Shown here: positions 59,073 to 64,000 of the stretch, piece by piece
Layout: every line of letters starts with the position of its first letter
How positions within the stretch are numbered: position 1 is the first letter of the stretch
Source: a virus
Lineage: Duplodnaviria > Caudoviricetes
IMG/VR virus record: IMGVR_UViG_3300030330_006022
Span: 50,351-114,350 of that record
DNA length: 64,000 nucleotides
Strand: one strand, 5' to 3'
Position numbers and translations under genes: made by a program
The notes under the pieces: model-generated
The model's input: only the letters and a program-made list of their open reading frames with translations
What the model was told of the DNA's origin: nothing
The model's database searches: none

Positions 59073-62000
59073 ATGATAAAAATAGCACATTTTGCGGATA
59101 CACATATTCGTAATCTTAAATTTCATGATGAATACAGGTTTGTATTTAATCAGATATATAAAAAACTGCTAAGTCAAAAGCCGGACTATATAGTTCATTG
59201 CGGAGACTTAGCTCACACAAAGACCCAGTTGTCACCAGAGTATTTTGCTTTGGCTTCTGAGTTTTTAAAGAACCTAGCAGACATTGCACCAACCTATATT
59301 ATTCTTGGAAACCACGATGGCAATCTAAAGAATTCTGATAGAGAAGATGCTGTGTCTCCTATTGTAAATGCCTTAAACCATCCACAATTGCATTTACTAA
59401 AAAATTCTGGTCGCGTTTCACCACAACCAGGCTTATCCTTGAACGTTCTATCTATATTTGACAGAGGTGCTTGGATGCGACCAAAAAGAGGTGACATCAA
59501 TATTGCTCTTTATCATGGTGCTGTTATGGGCTCCAAGACCGGTTCTGGCTGGGCGATGGAGCACGGAGATGATGATATAAGTATATTTAAGGGTCATGAC
59601 TTTGCTATGCTCGGAGACATACATAAACCACAAATATTAGACGATGAGGGTCGTGCTCAATATGCTGGTTCCACGATTCAGCAAAACTTCTCGGAAGATG
59701 GTCGCAAAGGTTACAAGTTGTGGACAATTAAATCTAAAGATGATTTTGAATGTCAACATGTGATATTTACGAACCCTCGTCCTTTTATTACAGTTAATTT
59801 AGACAATAAAGGTAACATACCTAAGCACTATCATATCCCACATGGTTGTCGCCTTAGGTTAATCTCAACTACAAACATGGATAGCTCTTCCATACGCAAG
59901 ATTACCGATTTGGCTCGCTCTAAATATAACCCAGTCACTTTGTCCTTCTTAAACAAAGGAACCAGTAATTTTACATCCTCGGACGGTCAAGAGCACAAAA
60001 TGGAGAATATGCGAGATGTTTCTATTCAAGAACAATATATTCGAGAATATTTAAAAGATTATGAGTTAACTGAAGACTTGATGAGTCAAGTGCTTGATCT
60101 TAATACTAGATATAATAAAGAGGTCGAGAAAGTTGAAGAAGTCCGAAGAAACGTCAAATGGAATATTAAAGAAATGGAGTTCTCAAATCTATTTAATTAT
60201 GGACAAAATAATAGGTTGGATTTTGATAACCTCTCTGGAACTGTTGGCATTTTTGGCAAGAACTACAGTGGGAAGTCTTCTGTTATTGATTCTGCTCTTT
60301 ATGGCGTTTTTGGCGGAACCAGAAAGGCCGAGAAGAAAAACGTTCACCTCGTCAATCAAAATAAAACTAAAGCCTCTATCAAGATGGTGGTCGAGGCAGA
60401 CGGTCAAGATTATCAAATTACTAGGAATCTTAATAAATCTTATAAGACCGTCAAAGGAAAGTCCGTCCCTGTGGCCTCTGGTGATCTCGACTTCCACAAT
60501 ATCACTACTGATAGCTCTTGTAATGGTGATTCTGTAAAAGATACTGAAGCGAACATAAGAAAGATTTTTGGTAATATCGAAGACTTTATGATTACCTCAA
60601 TGGCTTCTCAATTGGACTCTCTTGCTTTTATTAAGGAAGGGTCAACAAAGAGAAAAAATAAATTAGCCAAGTTTCTTGATTTGGACATTTTTGAACAAAA
60701 ACTTAATTTTGCCAAAAAAGATTCAGCAGAAATTTCAGCATTAATAAAACGGTTTAAAAACAAAAAAATTGCTGAACTGCTTGTTGCAAAACAAGAAGAA
60801 GTAGAAGAAATAAATGATGACATAGATCATCAAACTGATTTGTGTAAAAAACATAATACTAGATATGAAGAATTGTTACAAGAGTATTTAAAAATAGAAG
60901 AAGAGATTAATTCTATTCCACAAACAATCATAGACATTGACGAATTGGAAGATGAGATAGATCGTCTTGATGCTGAGATACACAAAGCTGGTGTGAAGGT
61001 TTCACAAAACAAGACCAGTATAAAAGAAAATGTTTTAGCAATCGAACAAGCAGATGCTATTGTTAACTCTATAAATGAACATAGGCTTGCGCAAATCTTA
61101 GAGCAGTGTAGTGAGTTCGAAAAGTCTTTAAAAGCTTCAGAACAAGAACTACGAACCCTTAAAACCAAAGAAAAGCAATCTATTAAAAAGATCAATATGC
61201 TTCATGACCATGAGTATGATCCTGACTGTAAATACTGTTGTGACAATAAGTTTGTTAAAGATGCTACCAAAGCCAAAGACTATCTTCCAACTCTTGAAGA
61301 AGAGATTGAGGAAGTAGAAAAGATAATTGATGGCTGGAAGCTTAAAATATTTGGTCTTGATAAAGCATCTGCTGAGAAAGAGTTAAAGACTCTTGAAAGC
61401 AATGTTGTCAAAAGAGATAAGTTTGTTGCCATAAATAAAAATTTACAAATAACAAATGAATCAATTGTATCAAAAATTTCTTTGATGAAAAACCAAACAA
61501 ACTCTTTGGAAAAACAGAGAGATGAATACAATACAAACAGACAGGCTATAGAAAACCTTTCTTCTCTTATAAAATCTAAAAACGCCGTTAAACTGAAGAT
61601 GACTGAAGCTAAAGAAAGAAAAGAAAAGTGTGATAAAAAAATTCAAGATTATCTTGTTGAACTTGGTGCTGTTAAGAGTACCATCAAGAGACTCCATGTT
61701 GAGAAACGAGAACAAGATGAACTAGAAGAGTCATTTATAGCCTATGAGTTGTTCATGCGTTGTATGCACCCTAATGGTATTGCTTACGAGATTATCAAAC
61801 AGAAGCTATCTCTTATTAACGAGGAGATTCAAAAGTGTCTTGCTAATATTGTTGACTTTCAGGTTATGTTCGAGGAAGATGGTCGCAATTTGGATATTAA
61901 CATAAAGCATCCAAAGTACGACTCTCGACCTATATCTATGGGTTCCGGTGCTGAAAAAACTATTGCTGCTATGGCTATACGTCTTGCTCTAATTGAGATA

Positions 62001-62213
62001 ACCAACTTGCCTAAGTCTACTCTATTTATTATGGATGAGCCTGCTACAGCTCTTGACCAGGAGCACATGGAGGGTTTTGTTCGTTTGATTGATATGATAA
62101 AAGATAAATTTAAAACTGTTCTGTTAATTTCTCACCTCGATGTTTTGAAAGACTGTGTAGATAAAACTATTGATATACAGAAAGTTGGTGGTTATGCTAA
62201 AGTAAACTGCTAA
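59073..62213 (+). CDS. Fused Mre11/SbcD nuclease and Rad50/SbcC ATPase (T4 gp47-gp46-like)
   Basis: ADTH, GDLAH, GNHD and LGDIH phosphoesterase motifs; Walker A GKNYSGKS; CKYC zinc hook; GSGAEK signature; FIMDEP Walker B; ISH; ATG 59073 after GGAGG. Confidence 0.93.
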   Translation: MIKIAHFADTHIRNLKFHDEYRFVFNQIYKKLLSQKPDYIVHCGDLAHTKTQLSPEYFALASEFLKNLADIAPTYIILGNHDGNLKNSDREDAVSPIVNALNHPQLHLLKNSGRVSPQPGLSLNVLSIFDRGAWMRPKRGDINIALYHGAVMGSKTGSGWAMEHGDDDISIFKGHDFAMLGDIHKPQILDDEGRAQYAGSTIQQNFSEDGRKGYKLWTIKSKDDFECQHVIFTNPRPFITVNLDNKGNIPKHYHIPHGCRLRLISTTNMDSSSIRKITDLARSKYNPVTLSFLNKGTSNFTSSDGQEHKMENMRDVSIQEQYIREYLKDYELTEDLMSQVLDLNTRYNKEVEKVEEVRRNVKWNIKEMEFSNLFNYGQNNRLDFDNLSGTVGIFGKNYSGKSSVIDSALYGVFGGTRKAEKKNVHLVNQNKTKASIKMVVEADGQDYQITRNLNKSYKTVKGKSVPVASGDLDFHNITTDSSCNGDSVKDTEANIRKIFGNIEDFMITSMASQLDSLAFIKEGSTKRKNKLAKFLDLDIFEQKLNFAKKDSAEISALIKRFKNKKIAELLVAKQEEVEEINDDIDHQTDLCKKHNTRYEELLQEYLKIEEEINSIPQTIIDIDELEDEIDRLDAEIHKAGVKVSQNKTSIKENVLAIEQADAIVNSINEHRLAQILEQCSEFEKSLKASEQELRTLKTKEKQSIKKINMLHDHEYDPDCKYCCDNKFVKDATKAKDYLPTLEEEIEEVEKIIDGWKLKIFGLDKASAEKELKTLESNVVKRDKFVAINKNLQITNESIVSKISLMKNQTNSLEKQRDEYNTNRQAIENLSSLIKSKNAVKLKMTEAKERKEKCDKKIQDYLVELGAVKSTIKRLHVEKREQDELEESFIAYELFMRCMHPNGIAYEIIKQKLSLINEEIQKCLANIVDFQVMFEEDGRNLDINIKHPKYDSRPISMGSGAEKTIAAMAIRLALIEITNLPKSTLFIMDEPATALDQEHMEGFVRLIDMIKDKFKTVLLISHLDVLKDCVDKTIDIQKVGGYAKVNC

Positions 62214-62220
62214 ATCTCTT

Positions 62221-62265
62221 TGAAAAGCCTATTTAGTGTAAAAGCTATTTAGGCTTTCATTTTAT
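62221..62265 (+). terminator. Candidate intrinsic terminator hairpin containing two CTATTTA copies
   Basis: AAAGCCTA (62224-62231) pairs with TAGGCTTT (62250-62257), followed by TTTT; CTATTTA at 62229 and 62245. Confidence 0.5.
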
Positions 62266-62276
62266 GGAGATTAAAA

Positions 62277-62549
62277 ATGAAACTCACAGAAAAACAAATA
62301 AAACGCATTATTAAAGAAGAATTAAATAAAATTGTTAAAGAAAGCATGGGGCCTGATCATCCTGACTATGATTATGTTGGTGGAATTATCATGCAGACCG
62401 TTAGAAAATTTATGCATCTTGCTCCAATGGTCAAACAAGGAATGGGAAGTATGTTCGAAAATGATATTTATCATTATGTCGCCGAGCAGTCTCCTGAGCA
62501 TGCAGATTACATAACAGGAAGAGTTATGCAGATATTAAGTGAAAGCTAA
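62277..62549 (+). CDS. Hypothetical protein with an MKLTEKQIKRIIKEEL leader
   Basis: GGAG RBS, upstream CTATTTA, TAATG coupling to the next gene. Confidence 0.75.
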   Translation: MKLTEKQIKRIIKEELNKIVKESMGPDHPDYDYVGGIIMQTVRKFMHLAPMVKQGMGSMFENDIYHYVAEQSPEHADYITGRVMQILSES

Positions 62550-62824
62550 TGACAAGAGAAGAATTTTTAAAGGCAGGAGAAAAAATGGAACAAGAAAGAA
62601 AAGAAAAATTAAAAAAAGAATTGTACCTTGATAATAAAAACAAAGGAGTTCTTGACGCGATTCAAGAAAAAGCAATTTCAAGAAAATTGCTTGTGTTCAT
62701 TTCAGCAACAGCTTTATTGTGGAACGCACAACTAGACCCTGAAACTTGGGGAATGATTGCTATGATGTATATTGGTGGACAAACTGCTGTTGACTTTGCC
62801 AAAATGTGGCGACACGGTGGTTAG
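62549..62824 (+). CDS. Small membrane protein, holin-like
   Basis: Charged N-terminus, then SRKLLVFISATALL and WGMIAMMYIGGQ hydrophobic segments. Confidence 0.5.
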   Translation: MTREEFLKAGEKMEQERKEKLKKELYLDNKNKGVLDAIQEKAISRKLLVFISATALLWNAQLDPETWGMIAMMYIGGQTAVDFAKMWRHGG

Positions 62825-62826
62825 TC

Positions 62827-63162
62827 ATGATCTGGTTGTACAAAGCAAAGAATTGGATTGTAGCTCATAAGAACTGGTTAGTTCTTGTGGGTTTGTTCAT
62901 TTTGTCTTATGTACTTGGAAGACGATCAAACCAAAACTATTTGGAAATGGCAAACTTAGCTAAAGATCAATACAAGAAGGAAAACGAAGAACTTGAGCGT
63001 TTACAGAAAGCAAAGCAAGTTCGAGATAAGAGAGCAGAACAAAAAGCAAAGGCTGTCAAAGCTGCGCTTGAAGTTGAAAAAGAAAAACGATTAAAAGAGT
63101 TAGAAAAACAAAAAGCCAACCCTGATGATGTTTTTAAAGATTTAGGAATAACAAAGAAATGA
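62827..63162 (+). CDS. Membrane-anchored coiled-coil protein (i-spanin-like)
   Basis: WLVLVGLFILSYVLG TM segment followed by an E/K/Q/A-rich coiled coil. Confidence 0.5.
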   Translation: MIWLYKAKNWIVAHKNWLVLVGLFILSYVLGRRSNQNYLEMANLAKDQYKKENEELERLQKAKQVRDKRAEQKAKAVKAALEVEKEKRLKELEKQKANPDDVFKDLGITKK

Positions 63163-63554
63163 TTTTATTTTTACTGTCTGCATTAGCGTGGGGACAACCA
63201 CCTGAATATACATATCTTGAAAGGGGAATGGAAGCTCCGTTTTCTGGTCGCTTGTTCAACGACACAGCATCTCAATTATTGTCAGATAAAATAGCAGACG
63301 CAACAGATAGATGCCAAATAGAGATGGACTATCAGATTGGTATGCTTCTTGCAGAGAAAGAACAAGAAATAAATAAACTTAAGTCTCAACACAAACTCGA
63401 TAAAGGAACGCTTGAAGCAGAAATTCAAGCTTTAGAAGAAAGAATTATGGGTTTAGAAAAAATAAAAACCCCACCAAAAAAGAAGTTTTGGTTTTCGTTT
63501 GGACTAGTTACTGGAGTAGGAATTACTATAATAATAGCACAAGCGGTGAATTAA
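63159..63554 (+). CDS. Signal-peptide protein with a coiled coil and C-terminal TM helix
   Basis: MILFLLSALAWG signal, APFSG.L motif, KKKFWFSFGLVTGVGITIIIA. Confidence 0.6.
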   Translation: MILFLLSALAWGQPPEYTYLERGMEAPFSGRLFNDTASQLLSDKIADATDRCQIEMDYQIGMLLAEKEQEINKLKSQHKLDKGTLEAEIQALEERIMGLEKIKTPPKKKFWFSFGLVTGVGITIIIAQAVN

Positions 63555-64000
63555 TGGCAATAACAAAAAAAGATATCATGAAAATGATAAAAGAAGAATT
63601 AAAAAAAGTTCTTACGGAAGATCTTTCGTTATTAAGAGATATGACTCCTCAAGATGTTTTGGAATATATGAGACGGGAACTAAATGGGAAAACATGGTTT
63701 TTTTGGGATTTAGAATCTATAGGCTTTAATGGACAAATAACTCAATATGGAGCTATAGCTTATAAAATTGTTGATATTGACGGATCAGCTCCAATTGAAC
63801 CAATTGCTGAGTTTGACGTGAACGTTGCCTTAAACGAAGAAACTTTAAAAAAATACGTTATGCAACAAGACATTTTAAACAGAGCTGCTGAAATTGTACA
63901 ACAATACGAAGAAACAAATCAGGTCACAAGTGAGTTAGAATTTATTCTTAAAGCACAACAAGAAAAAGAAGAAGGAAGACCATACACAGTAGCTGATATG
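63554..64000 (+). CDS. DEDD-family 3'-5' exonuclease-like protein with an IKEEL leader (3' truncated; absent from the ORF track)
   Basis: My translation: MAITKKDIMKMIKEELKKVLTEDLS...TWFFWDLESIGFNGQITQYGAIAY (ExoI DxE motif); open to the window end; TAATG coupling. Confidence 0.65.
   Translation, partial: MAITKKDIMKMIKEELKKVLTEDLSLLRDMTPQDVLEYMRRELNGKTWFFWDLESIGFNGQITQYGAIAYKIVDIDGSAPIEPIAEFDVNVALNEETLKKYVMQQDILNRAAEIVQQYEETNQVTSELEFILKAQQEKEEGRPYTVADM

Noticed and set aside
60094-60537. 147 aa alternative-frame + strand ORF inside Mre11-Rad50
   Set aside because: Overlaps the conserved Walker A region and has no convincing RBS or motif
853-62514. Remaining short minus-strand and off-frame ORFs in the track (60-136 aa)
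   Set aside because: All overlap longer, well-supported + strand genes and lack recognisable motifs
1-64000. CRISPR arrays, tRNA/rRNA genes, introns, inteins, IS elements
   Set aside because: Intergenic gaps are at most about 65 nt and no such signatures were recognised by eye; tRNAscan/Infernal would be needed to exclude them formally
1-64000. Stop codon reassignment as seen in some large phages
   Set aside because: Code 11 gives near-complete coding density, and TAA, TAG and TGA all end genes at sensible boundaries

Overview
This is an AT-rich (about 30% GC by eye), densely coded fragment of a large T4-like/jumbo myophage genome. Every credible gene is on the + strand. No rRNA, tRNA, CRISPR array, integrase or transposase was recognised. 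Four modules: (1) 1-10911, a glycan biosynthesis cluster with five glycosyltransferases (GT4-like x2, GT2, GT10, GT11), FabH, a FabG-like SDR, an AntD-like N-acyltransferase, a PhyH dioxygenase, a short DegT-like aminotransferase, three NDP-sugar epimerase/reductases and DUF962. (2) 10898-12630, small genes and a gp55-like late sigma factor. (3) 12630-56619, a baseplate/tail module with a split gp5-like hub and spike, gp25- and gp6-like wedge proteins, and giant 2909, 3965 and ~2543 aa virion proteins. (4) 56656-64000, RuvC, primase and a fused Mre11-Rad50 nuclease behind sigma70-type promoters, interleaved with genes preceded by a CTATTTA motif, plus a candidate lysis trio. Most notable: a seven-level nested ('matryoshka') domain arm carrying four LamG domains in the 3965 aa protein; a plausible virion glycosylation system that couples an acylated amino-sugar pathway to [S/T]-G-S-type motifs enriched in tail proteins; and a shared N-terminal IKEEL/LxE leader on unrelated cargo proteins, including a DEDD exonuclease. 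All family calls come from motif recognition by eye; no database search was run.
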